26,809 nucleotides of DNA from Candidatus Heimdallarchaeota archaeon (lineage in GTDB: Archaea > Asgardarchaeota > Wukongarchaeia > Wukongarchaeales > JBHIFL01), in assembly GCA_046761065.1 (NCBI GenBank), contig JBHIFL010000057.1:1-26809 (forward strand). The letters run 5' to 3'. The notes beneath the pieces were generated by a model, which was not told the origin of the DNA, ran no database searches, and was given only the letters and a program-made list of their open reading frames with translations. Of this stretch, positions 1 to 8,632 are shown in pieces. The position numbers were made by a program, and so were the translations under genes. Each line of letters opens with the position of its first letter. The first letter of the stretch is position 1.

Positions 1-33
1 GAGGCGGTTGAAGAGATTGCTGCGGCCAAATAA
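1..33 (+). CDS. 3' end of an upstream CDS truncated by the window edge (...EAVEEIAAAK*)
   Basis: Frame 1 is open with protein-like codons and ends in TAA at 31-33, followed by a pyrimidine/T tract at about 72-82. Too short to identify. Confidence 0.55.
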   Translation, partial: EAVEEIAAAK

Positions 34-266
34 GCTGAATCAGCATCCTAACGTTTCTAATCCCATCCTACCTCTTTTTTTCTATCACCTGGTTATGTTC
101 TAACCGTATTTTTCGCTTTATTTTGGATTATTCAGTGTCTATTAGAAGAAAAAACTCGAAAAATCGAGCCCATAAATTTATATGATTTCTACAATTTATT
201 TTGAATTAATGGATGTTATATTTCACATAAAAAATTAAAAAATCAGTTCAAGGATAGGGATTAAGA

Positions 267-1871
267 TTGAATCAAATGGCAAAGAAAGGGCCCAAAGTCA
301 TTTTATGGATTCTTGATGGATGTAATGTGGATGCCTTTCTACAGGTCGCTCAAACCAATCCAAACCTGAAGACCTTATATGAGGGGGGGTATTATACAAA
401 ATGTGTTACGACCTTTCCATCGACAACCCCTGCTGCACACGCGGCGATTTTAACGGGGTGTTATCCTACAGAGACTAGGGTACCAGCTTTCGATTGGGTT
501 AATGTTGAGAAACTCAGGTGGTACGAAAGGTGTTTCGATTTAATTTTTAAGAAGAATGATTCATGGGGTGAGACCCGGAATTACATAAGGAGCAGTCCTG
601 AGATCAAATATTATCGAGACGAGAACCTTGGTAACCAGATAAAACATTTACAGAATTTCATTGCAGACCTTGAAGACGCCCTAAAGTTGAACACAGAATA
701 TTTGAATAGCAAGGTAGCAACAATTTTTGAAACTTTGAAGGATAAATACACAGTATCAGTTAAGGAGTGGATACATCGCGGAGCTGACGACTTCTTCCGG
801 GTGACCCTAAAGGTAGTGTTAGTAGAGCTTATTAGCGAGCAGATAATTGATCGGGAGACTATACATGCAGAATTAGAAGAGCTTGTTAGCGAACAGATAA
901 TTGATCGGGAGACTATACAAACTGTATTAGAAACGTCTGTGGGGGTGGATGCCTTCATACAGGCAGTATTAGACGAACTAGTAAGCGCGAGAAAAAGAAA
1001 GCTCCCCGACTTGATGGTCTACTGGGAATACAGTACAGACCTAATAAGCCATATACATGGTCCGGGGTCAACTGAATTACGGAATTCGATTGACAAATCA
1101 ATAAATAAACTTGTTGCCACTCTTAAATTCTATGAAAAGCAGAATGTACAACCATATGTGATGATCATCGCTGATCACAGCCATAGCTATGTTAATGAGT
1201 TCTCAACCCTGATCCAAGATTTCAAAAAAGCTATGAGAAATCAAGGATATCAAGTTGCAGGCAGAGAAGACAGATCAAACCGAAAAAGAATAACCCAAGC
1301 AGATATAATTGTAGCTAACAATGAAAGGGCTGTTCTCTTCTATGCATTTAATGGAAAAACATCGAAACAAGCAACGAAAAAAGCTATAATAGACTTCTTA
1401 AAATCGAGGAGCAAAACTGATGTTGACCTAATTTTATATAAGAATAATAAGGGGCAAATACTGGTGATTCAACCACCTAACACTCTCCCAATGAATATTG
1501 CTCAATTTATCCAAGCTGGTAACAACACGAACGACTTCCCGTGTGCTAAGGAGCGAATACAGGGATTATTAAACGGAGATAATTGGGGCGATGTTGTTAT
1601 TTCACTAAAAGAAGGCTATTCTCTACATCCTAGCCTTAACCCTGAAGCAAGTAGTAATGAGCCGATACAAGGAGATCATGGTGGCCTTAACAAAAACGAT
1701 TCTATCGTCCCATTTCTGATATGGGGACCCACAATAAAGAGCAATGCCAAGGATGCAGACTCATCATTGTCATCAATCAGGATAGTTGACATTACACCAA
1801 CTATAGCAGGGATCTTCGGTGAAAAACATAAACCCAAAGATGGGCATGTTCTTGATAAAGTATTTAAGTAA
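267..1871 (+). CDS. Alkaline-phosphatase-superfamily nucleotide pyrophosphatase/phosphodiesterase (type I phosphodiesterase), no signal peptide
   Basis: Motifs ILDG (metal Asp), TFPSTTPAAHAAILTG (nucleophile Thr), DLISHIHGP (DxxxH), IIADHSH and GDHGG. Start is TTG 267 or ATG 276. Confidence 0.85.
   Translation: MNQMAKKGPKVILWILDGCNVDAFLQVAQTNPNLKTLYEGGYYTKCVTTFPSTTPAAHAAILTGCYPTETRVPAFDWVNVEKLRWYERCFDLIFKKNDSWGETRNYIRSSPEIKYYRDENLGNQIKHLQNFIADLEDALKLNTEYLNSKVATIFETLKDKYTVSVKEWIHRGADDFFRVTLKVVLVELISEQIIDRETIHAELEELVSEQIIDRETIQTVLETSVGVDAFIQAVLDELVSARKRKLPDLMVYWEYSTDLISHIHGPGSTELRNSIDKSINKLVATLKFYEKQNVQPYVMIIADHSHSYVNEFSTLIQDFKKAMRNQGYQVAGREDRSNRKRITQADIIVANNERAVLFYAFNGKTSKQATKKAIIDFLKSRSKTDVDLILYKNNKGQILVIQPPNTLPMNIAQFIQAGNNTNDFPCAKERIQGLLNGDNWGDVVISLKEGYSLHPSLNPEASSNEPIQGDHGGLNKNDSIVPFLIWGPTIKSNAKDADSSLSSIRIVDITPTIAGIFGEKHKPKDGHVLDKVFK
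819..930 (+). repeat. In-frame 54-bp (18-aa) tandem duplication inside the phosphodiesterase
   Basis: 825-865 matches 879-919 over 41 nt with 2 mismatches. The 26-mer cagataattgatcgggagactataca is identical at 840-865 and 894-919. Protein: ELISEQIIDRETI / ELVSEQIIDRETI. Confidence 0.95.
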
Positions 1872-1966
1872 TTTTTTTGAGTGAAAAATCTTAGGGACCC
1901 CATTTCAGTCCAATAGCAGTTGATAGGATCTCCGTAGCTTATAATATTGATGAAAATCCATAATTC

Positions 1967-2179
1967 TCAAATCCTCTCCCAATCTATCTTTTTTTTACCA
2001 ATCACTTTAATAGGTACAATAGTATTAAGCCACGGTTTAGCTTTTTTGATGTGGTTTGGTTTATATAATATATCATTGGGAGATACAAATTTAGCGATCT
2101 CAAGTTCGCCTTTTGATTTAACACGAATTTTCCAGTTATTGGTTTTGTATTTATACCAAGTATTGGATTCTTTCATCAT
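1967..2179 (-). CDS. Small basic hypothetical protein, or C-terminal part of a frameshifted gene
   Basis: 70-aa Lys-rich ORF whose ATG overlaps the TGA of the upstream ORF (ATGA at 2176-2179). Confidence 0.35.
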   Translation of the reverse strand: MMKESNTWYKYKTNNWKIRVKSKGELEIAKFVSPNDILYKPNHIKKAKPWLNTIVPIKVIGKKKIDWERI

Positions 2180-2394
2180 GAGAATATAATTCCGTGTAAA
2201 CGTACACTATCAGGCATTTTCATATATAAAATAACTGCAATTCCAGTAGAACAAATAGTAATTGCTACTTGCATCCAAACGGGGAGACTTGGGAAAATCT
2301 GCCGTATCAACGCAACGCTCATAGCAATACAGAGGTAAAAAATTAGCATTAGCTTTTTGTTTATTACCCACTCATACTCAACCATTTTGATCAT
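2176..2394 (-). CDS. Small two-TM membrane protein (hypothetical)
   Basis: Two hydrophobic stretches, LMLIFYLCIAMSVALI and VWMQVAITICSTGIAVILYM. ATGA coupling to the next ORF. Confidence 0.5.
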   Translation of the reverse strand: MIKMVEYEWVINKKLMLIFYLCIAMSVALIRQIFPSLPVWMQVAITICSTGIAVILYMKMPDSVRLHGIIFS

Positions 2395-2577
2395 ATTATA
2401 TTTATTAAATTTAGTTTAAAATGTTGATGGTTCAACTTAATATTAATATATTAACCTCTCTGCAAACCCTGATGCGCACTAAACCAGTACGTGGCCACAA
2501 CGCGTAAATGGCTTATAATATAGAAAATACAATAGGATTTAATTCCTAATAAGTAAAAAATCCAAAGAGTTTATTAA

Positions 2578-2884
2578 GAGACGTTACCGAAAATTCAAGA
2601 TGAAAATGATTGATCTATTATTAAAGCACTGCATATTCTAGCTCGGTGTATAGGCTGGAAGCCGAAGTTTCATCATGAACAGGCGATAATTGACCAACTT
2701 CGCTTGTTTATAAAGGAAGACTCTAAATTTTTCGTCGAAATCTGCAATAATAAGCTATCTGGCAATTGACTGGAGTTTGAATTATCCTTTGTGTCATAGT
2801 AATAAAAAAGATGAGTTAATCAACGATATTCATAGGCTAACTAGGGAATTTAACATACCCGTTTCGAAAACGTGGTACCAATGA
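2578..2884 (+). pseudogene. Possible decayed gene fragment (helical protein)
   Basis: ETLPKIQDEND*SIIKALHILARCIGWKPKFHHEQAIIDQLRLFIKEDSKF, then in a second frame SKSAIISYLAIDWSLNYPLCHSNKKDELINDIHRLTREFNIPVSKTWYQ*. Protein-like, with a TGA at 2611-2613 and a frameshift. Confidence 0.3.
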
Positions 2885-3109
2885 AAATGGAACAGGACCG
2901 GCATGAATACTATTTAATCCCAATCTAGTGAAATTTGTGCCACATTGTTAAAAGTAAATAGACGAATTTATCGATAAAGAGGTCCATATGACCCTAAACG
3001 AGGATCAGTTTGGATTTGATGAATAAATAATGATTTATTATCGTTCAAGGATTGAAGTGGTCTGTTTCTGTAATTTGGCATCTCCTATCTATGTTACGAT
3101 CAGTAGCTG

Positions 3110-3967
3110 TTATGGTTTAGGCGATTTGAAGATGACTTGATATGTTCCTAATGAGCAGCCTTCTATCGATAAATTTCCTGCTACATCAATATTGTTTGAA
3201 ACACTACGATAACTGTTCGCAGGAGCGATTTGAATGAGTTGATAATTTGTCGGAATCCCTGAGATGGTAACATCTACATCATTCTGTTTAACTGTGAAGA
3301 GAAGTATATCATAGATTTCCGTTTGGTTTATTTGTCGAGTAGTAAGATGTTCCTCAATAATTTGATTGAACTCAAGAATCATCACATCGAAACTTACTGA
3401 ATAGGTAAAAGCACCCCACTGCTCTTCTTTAAACTCGTAGTGGGCACATACCTTGCCGTCAATCCAATGGGCATCTGATAATGCAGTCCATGTCCTTGTG
3501 CCATTCGTTGTTTTAGTCGTATTTAAACTAAATATCGTAGATTCGCCACCATCATGCTTATAGATTTTGAAATCATGTGAATAAATTGGACCTAAACTAC
3601 TAATATTCACATCATATCTGAGTTGTTTCAACGCGTCGGGATAGCCCACGTCCCATTCCCAATAAATCTGATCAAGCGCATATATCGCCCCGTCAGTCCA
3701 TTGATAATCCGTTGTATTACCATCGTTGGCAATGGCGTTAGCCCAACTGGTGTGCACTTGATAATCCGTCAGCGTATAAGACGTTGTTCGCGATGGGATC
3801 ATTGGATTCGGTTGAATGGTTAGCGTGACAGGAATTCCGGTAGATGTGGTGTTTGTATTTCCCTCTTCTCCTTGCCCGATACAGCCCGAAAGGGTAGCTA
3901 TTCCTATCACAAACATATTTAGAAGCATAAACGCCTTAATTGCTTGCGTGTCAACTTTTGGCCACAT
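3110..3967 (-). CDS. Secreted/lipid-anchored surface protein (lipobox-like LSGC)
   Basis: Likely ATG at 3967 after GAAGGT. Hydrophobic h-region, then ATLSGC, a Thr/Asn-rich linker and a beta-rich body with 7 N-x-S/T sequons. Confidence 0.75.
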   Translation of the reverse strand: MWPKVDTQAIKAFMLLNMFVIGIATLSGCIGQGEEGNTNTTSTGIPVTLTIQPNPMIPSRTTSYTLTDYQVHTSWANAIANDGNTTDYQWTDGAIYALDQIYWEWDVGYPDALKQLRYDVNISSLGPIYSHDFKIYKHDGGESTIFSLNTTKTTNGTRTWTALSDAHWIDGKVCAHYEFKEEQWGAFTYSVSFDVMILEFNQIIEEHLTTRQINQTEIYDILLFTVKQNDVDVTISGIPTNYQLIQIAPANSYRSVSNNIDVAGNLSIEGCSLGTYQVIFKSPKP

Positions 3968-4312
3968 TTTAATACCTTCTTTTAGATACTGCAAGAATCA
4001 CTTAAATAACAATTTAAGTCGATTATTAATTTTTCTATCTCTAGCAATTTACCTATTTTGAGTGTAAGAATTCTGAGAACACTTTATGAATTAAAGGGCA
4101 ATTTAGAATTACTTGAACATCGAGTGGATAGAAATTGAGATAATATAGGCATCAAGTCTTCTATGGCTTGGTCCAGCTGTTTTTAATAACATCCCTGTCA
4201 GCTGCGATATGGAAGGTTTACCAAAAAAGAAGAAAAGGGCATTTCCAAGAAATTATCACATTCTCATACATACGTTTTAAAAATTTTTTTTGGATTTACG
4301 AAAAATCCCTAT

Positions 4313-4651
4313 TTAGGAGTTTCCGGGGTTGGTTTGTTTTTGTTGCTCCGATTGTTGAACAAAATTCACTTGGAGATCAGTTAAAAGGCTTTTAAGCCTG
4401 AACCGTTCGTTTTGGTTCAATTGAGGTTCTAACTTGTCCAAGAGATATCGAATGCAATCGATAGCCACACTAGCTCGTTCAAAATCTGTTTTGATTTCAT
4501 TAGTTTTAGGATCTGTTCGTAATCCCATATCACGCCAAGCTTGAACACTGAGCAGATTGATAAATAGACCCAATAGCGTGTAAGTATCCAACATCGAGAT
4601 ATCTACAGCTTTAACCTTTTCTTTTTCAGCTGTTTGTTCGTTTTCTCCCAT
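4313..4651 (-). CDS. DUF1844-family protein
   Basis: ATG 4651 preceded by AGGAGG. Pattern L..QAW..MG...P...E...D...A..AID....L and L..L..LQ.NFV is typical of DUF1844. Confidence 0.75.
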   Translation of the reverse strand: MGENEQTAEKEKVKAVDISMLDTYTLLGLFINLLSVQAWRDMGLRTDPKTNEIKTDFERASVAIDCIRYLLDKLEPQLNQNERFRLKSLLTDLQVNFVQQSEQQKQTNPGNS

Positions 4652-4778
4652 TTTCGGTTCCTCCTTAAAGAAATAACTATCTGATAAAATCCTCATAAAG
4701 TCGTATCTTGAGAAATCTTATACTTGCATCTTTTTTTTCTAAGGATAATGATACGCCATCCTTTTATCAGTATTAATA

Positions 4779-5606
4779 TTATCGATGAATTTCCTCGACA
4801 TCACGCCACCAGGGTTTGTTAGTTCCTTGCACCGCGCGTTTCTGCCACTTTTTCGGTTTTGGGGTGGTATCCAAGGCTGAAAGGGTCTGGTTGACTTTCT
4901 CAACCACATTTGCGAGATCCAGGGTTGATAGTATTCCTGTCTCTCGGTACTGTCTCCCATATACTTTGACTTTCTCCAAATTGGTTTTAGCATCAAACCA
5001 AAAACCCCAATCATCAGACAGAATAGATGAAACATATTCCAGATTGATGACTTCTTTTTCGTCTCTGAAACCAAGTTTGTGAGCTCGTAATAGCACAATC
5101 AAATCTTTAATGTCCTTTTCAGTGATTTCGTGAATTTGGAGTTTTGCCAAGAGGAGGTCTGCCAATGAAACAGTGGGAAAATCGAGTTGAAGGCGGCCCT
5201 TTTTTGGGTTGGAACCAAATACAATTTGATGACTAAAATTGAGGGTGTCAAGAAAAATATCAATGTGGTAAAGGCCATCTGGATGGTAATACAGGAGCCG
5301 CTGCTTCCGATGGAGAAATAGTACATGCTTATCCGGTTGAAAATTCAACTGTTTCTCAAATAACTTCCGGATTCCGGAACTCTGCTTCTGGTATCCAATG
5401 AAATCAATGTCGGTAAAGGTTGTACTTATTTGATCCAATCGATTAAGGCTTGTATGAAGACCCTCATACTCTGAGCTATGAACCCAAATAGCGAGAGCTC
5501 CTAATAATCGTAAATGGACACCGAATTTCTCACCTTCCTCAGCTATTCGGATCGCATCTCGAATTAAAACTTCATCTGATAACCCTCTTTCACTTTCAGT
5601 GCCCAA
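4779..5606 (-). CDS. Pol-beta-superfamily nucleotidyltransferase, paralog 1
   Basis: LRLLGALA...TDIDF (hG[GS]-like plus DxD), third Asp in HIDIF, and LAKLQI.EI.EKD..D. Probable TTG start at 5606 after GGAGA; the ORF track extends to 5663. Confidence 0.75.
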   Translation of the reverse strand: MGTESERGLSDEVLIRDAIRIAEEGEKFGVHLRLLGALAIWVHSSEYEGLHTSLNRLDQISTTFTDIDFIGYQKQSSGIRKLFEKQLNFQPDKHVLFLHRKQRLLYYHPDGLYHIDIFLDTLNFSHQIVFGSNPKKGRLQLDFPTVSLADLLLAKLQIHEITEKDIKDLIVLLRAHKLGFRDEKEVINLEYVSSILSDDWGFWFDAKTNLEKVKVYGRQYRETGILSTLDLANVVEKVNQTLSALDTTPKPKKWQKRAVQGTNKPWWRDVEEIHR

Positions 5607-5740
5607 TTTGAGGATGTCTCCACAATGATCACATAGGTCAAGACGATTTGAAAGTGTGATCACAAAAAGATTACTGTCCTCGGTTCACTGCTTGTCAAAG
5701 TTAGTTTTTACTAATTTCTCTCACTTATTTTAGTATCCTT

Positions 5741-6694
5741 TTACCCCGAGGTAAACAGGTAGTGTTCGACTTTCTTTGGATGGAGTGTAAAAAGGAAGCC
5801 CTTGAGAATCCCTTCGGAGTATTCAGAGCCCGGATTACAAACAAACGTACGCCCAATCTTCGTAAATCCTTTCGCTTCATGAATATGGCCATGGAGCCCC
5901 AGTAGGGGTTGATGAGTTTCTATGGCGGATCTAACTGCAGTACTGCCTGTGGGCACCAGTTCTGGCTCGCCGCCTGGAAGTAACTGCGGCTTTAAAGACT
6001 CATCGAGCTTGGGTGCGTCATCAATAAGAGATCCATATGGGGGGACATGGATGTTAAATATCGCGCTTTCCATGTTTGTCACCTGGCTGGCCAGCTCTTC
6101 TATCTTCGTAGCAAGCTCTTTTTCAGGGACATCCCGCGGACAATGCCAGGGGGTAATATTTGAATACCCTAGGCTAATCATTTCATGGATCGGATCAATT
6201 TGGACTATCTTCTCGTTCGGATTAATGATATACTCGGAGTCGTTTAAAATCGGATCAATGGCAAAGTTGTCATCGTTACCAGGTTGGATATAGAGCTGCA
6301 CCTCTGTGTTTTGTAGTCGGTCCTCGACTAATTTGACCCATTCAGCAACAGACTCCACTATCAATGTTTTAAAGATCTCTTCCATCTTTTGAGGATCATT
6401 ACGCATTTTATTGACTTCATCTGCTTCGGTAATATAGGGATAATAACCTACAACTCGAATTCGTTTTACCAATGTCTCCAATTCAGTATGGGAAGTTAGT
6501 GTGAGTTCTTCCCCCAAAAACCGAGTAAAATATTTACCTTCCCGCTTCATAATCGGAATGATTTGTTTGCCTGTTATATCCCCCCCGCAGATCAAAATTT
6601 TGGCTTTATAGGTGTCTGCGGCATTTAGTAGCTTTCTAAAACACCGATCGGATCCATGAAGATCTGTCACGAAAAAGATTCGGGGGTTAGCCAC
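5741..6694 (-). CDS. Calcineurin-like (Icc-related) metallophosphoesterase, paralog 1
   Basis: TDLHG, GGDITGK, GNDD, HVPPY, HGHIHE, NPGS. GTG start after GAGGAG. Confidence 0.9.
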   Translation of the reverse strand: MANPRIFFVTDLHGSDRCFRKLLNAADTYKAKILICGGDITGKQIIPIMKREGKYFTRFLGEELTLTSHTELETLVKRIRVVGYYPYITEADEVNKMRNDPQKMEEIFKTLIVESVAEWVKLVEDRLQNTEVQLYIQPGNDDNFAIDPILNDSEYIINPNEKIVQIDPIHEMISLGYSNITPWHCPRDVPEKELATKIEELASQVTNMESAIFNIHVPPYGSLIDDAPKLDESLKPQLLPGGEPELVPTGSTAVRSAIETHQPLLGLHGHIHEAKGFTKIGRTFVCNPGSEYSEGILKGFLFTLHPKKVEHYLFTSG

Positions 6695-6774
6695 AAAATC
6701 TCCTCAATGCACTATCACAATCTCACTTGGGGCAAAAAAATGTAACGCCTTTTATAAGCTGGCATTAAGGCGAA

Positions 6775-6790
6775 TAAAAAAAGGGGAAGA
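6775..6790 (-). terminator. T-tract terminator after APC permease 1
   Basis: Minus strand reads TTCTTCCCC followed by a T run, about 40 nt after the stop codon. Confidence 0.5.
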
Positions 6791-6828
6791 ATGATGTTGG
6801 ATCGACTCTTGTAGTTAACGTTTTGTTT

Positions 6829-8370
6829 CTATTCTGGGGGGAGCTCTTTGAACGACAATTCGAGTGGGATCTTATTTCGGTGGTAGAAACTCGATATGTA
6901 GTATATCACGATTGCTAGAATGAAGATGAAGAACACAAAGCCAAGGGGACCCCACCGTTCAGGTCCTGTGACCCCCGCGATTGTCGGGGTTATGCCAATG
7001 TAGCCAAGATAGATGCTGAAAATCAGAGTAATAAGTCCAAGCCACTGAAGGACGTAAAGAGGTCCGGCTTTACGCCGCACAACCGCAGGACTTGCTTCGA
7101 AGAGTTCAGGTTTCCACTTGGGAAAGACTAAAGCACTGATTGCTACGATCCCTTGCATGATCATCCATTGGAACACCAAGTAAGCGAAGTATTTTGCCCA
7201 ATCAGTCCAAATCCATACCGCTTGTAGCAGCATCGCCACGATGGTGACTACAATCAAGGCATTGACTGGGCTATTGAATCGTGGATTAATCTCTGACAAA
7301 CGAGTGGGTACGATTCGGTCAAAGCTCCAGGCAAAGAGTAGTTTCACACAGATGTAGACGTACACTAAGATCGCAGAGAGTGTCATGCAGGCCCAACCGA
7401 GCGCTACGATGGCGTAGACCAATGTGCTATTCGTGGCATACTGGAACATGAAGAGGAAGGATTCTGTTTCCCAGAGGGCCGCAATAGCCCCAACAAAGTC
7501 CGATCCAAAGCCGGTATAAGTAACTTGGTAAGCCCACCATGTAATCAGGCCAAAGACGATGACCGATCCAATTATTGCGATAAACTGGGCTCGCGTGACC
7601 TCCTTAATCTCACCTGCAAGGTAAATACTGGTATTGAATCCTAAGAAGTTGATGAAGGTCAGTTGCATCCCTGTTAGTGTAGCCATCAATGTGAATTTGC
7701 CAGTAAATGCGGTGTCTGCCTTCGCACGAGCGATGAGTTCACTCATCGATTCTCCGGTGGCTGCCTGATAATTTGCTGCAACTTCATCGGGGCTTGTTCC
7801 AATCATAACTAGAGAGTAAGTAATCAGGCCTATTAGAACACCGACGAAGAAAATAAGCAGCACTTTAGCTGTAGTCTTCGAACCCATTGTTACAACGACC
7901 GCACAGAAAAGATAAAATAAGATGGCAACAATGTACATAGCTACGTCGCCGCTGATAGATGCGGCTGCACTTGATCTTCCTGCGAACTCAAGTAAGGGCG
8001 CCACTGCGAGTTGAGTGAACCACGGGATATAGGCACCAGCCACCTGCAACAAGACTATAAACAGGAAGAAGTTAATCATGAAGCCGATCGCTGGATGAAT
8101 CACTCGACTTACCCAAATGTAGTCGCCCCCACTCCGAGGCATACTGGCAGAATAGATAGCATAGAAGAACCCGATGATGATACTGATGGGAATCGCTATG
8201 AGTGCTGTAGCTGGCAAGTGCACGCCTGGCCATAGGCCCGCACCCCAGATGCCATACACAAAGACCGCTGTAGGCGCCATGAAAAGAATGTTTACGATCA
8301 TAGCATCCCATGCAGACAAAGAACGTACTAATCCTGAGGTTTTTCGTACAAATGGTTCTGCTTCACCCAA
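6829..8370 (-). CDS. APC-superfamily amino acid/polyamine permease 1
   Basis: About 14 hydrophobic segments. MPRSGGDY, AGEIKE and FAWSFDRIVP are APC motifs. N-terminus FVRKTSGLVR, C-terminus FKELPPE. TTG start after GGTGA. Confidence 0.92.
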   Translation of the reverse strand: MGEAEPFVRKTSGLVRSLSAWDAMIVNILFMAPTAVFVYGIWGAGLWPGVHLPATALIAIPISIIIGFFYAIYSASMPRSGGDYIWVSRVIHPAIGFMINFFLFIVLLQVAGAYIPWFTQLAVAPLLEFAGRSSAAASISGDVAMYIVAILFYLFCAVVVTMGSKTTAKVLLIFFVGVLIGLITYSLVMIGTSPDEVAANYQAATGESMSELIARAKADTAFTGKFTLMATLTGMQLTFINFLGFNTSIYLAGEIKEVTRAQFIAIIGSVIVFGLITWWAYQVTYTGFGSDFVGAIAALWETESFLFMFQYATNSTLVYAIVALGWACMTLSAILVYVYICVKLLFAWSFDRIVPTRLSEINPRFNSPVNALIVVTIVAMLLQAVWIWTDWAKYFAYLVFQWMIMQGIVAISALVFPKWKPELFEASPAVVRRKAGPLYVLQWLGLITLIFSIYLGYIGITPTIAGVTGPERWGPLGFVFFIFILAIVIYYISSFYHRNKIPLELSFKELPPE

Positions 8371-8420
8371 TAGTTTTCACCCTTATTTCGGGATTTAATT
8401 GGGATTGTAATTCAATCATG

Positions 8421-8438
8421 TATTTAAATTTTTGCTCG
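8421..8438 (-). promoter_or_regulatory. Archaeal BRE/TATA promoter of APC permease 1
   Basis: Minus strand CGAGCAAAAA-TTTAAATA, about 51 nt upstream of the TTG. Confidence 0.65.
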
Positions 8439-8577
8439 ATTTTAGCAACCTAATATCGGTAGTCAACTTTTTTCTCTGTATTAAGATATTACGAATTCAG
8501 AGATTGTAAAATTCTTATCAATCTGATTGACTTGTTATATCCAAATACATCATTGAGATCATTATCTAAAACGACAT

Positions 8578-8600
8578 AAAAATCAAGAAAAAAAAGGTGA
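8578..8600 (-). terminator. T-tract terminator after APC permease 2
   Basis: Minus strand CACC-T8-CTTGATTTTT, about 35 nt after the stop codon. Confidence 0.5.
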
Positions 8601-8632
8601 ATGAGGTGATTTTGGGTTGTATAAGAGTAACT

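Noticed and set aside
819-930. Direct repeats as a possible mini-CRISPR
   Set aside because: Only two copies, in frame within a CDS, with a 54-nt period and no cas genes.
611-958. Antisense ORF containing a repeated sequence
   Set aside because: Shadow of the 54-bp duplication in the phosphodiesterase gene.
1947-2189. Hydrophobic 80-aa plus-strand ORF
   Set aside because: Antisense to the coupled minus-strand ORFs, and its hydrophobicity is expected from T-rich DNA. Not fully excluded.
4739-5326. Alternative-frame ORFs inside NTase 1 (4739-5098, 4816-5082, 5099-5326)
   Set aside because: Fully overlap a gene conserved in three paralogs and carry no motifs.
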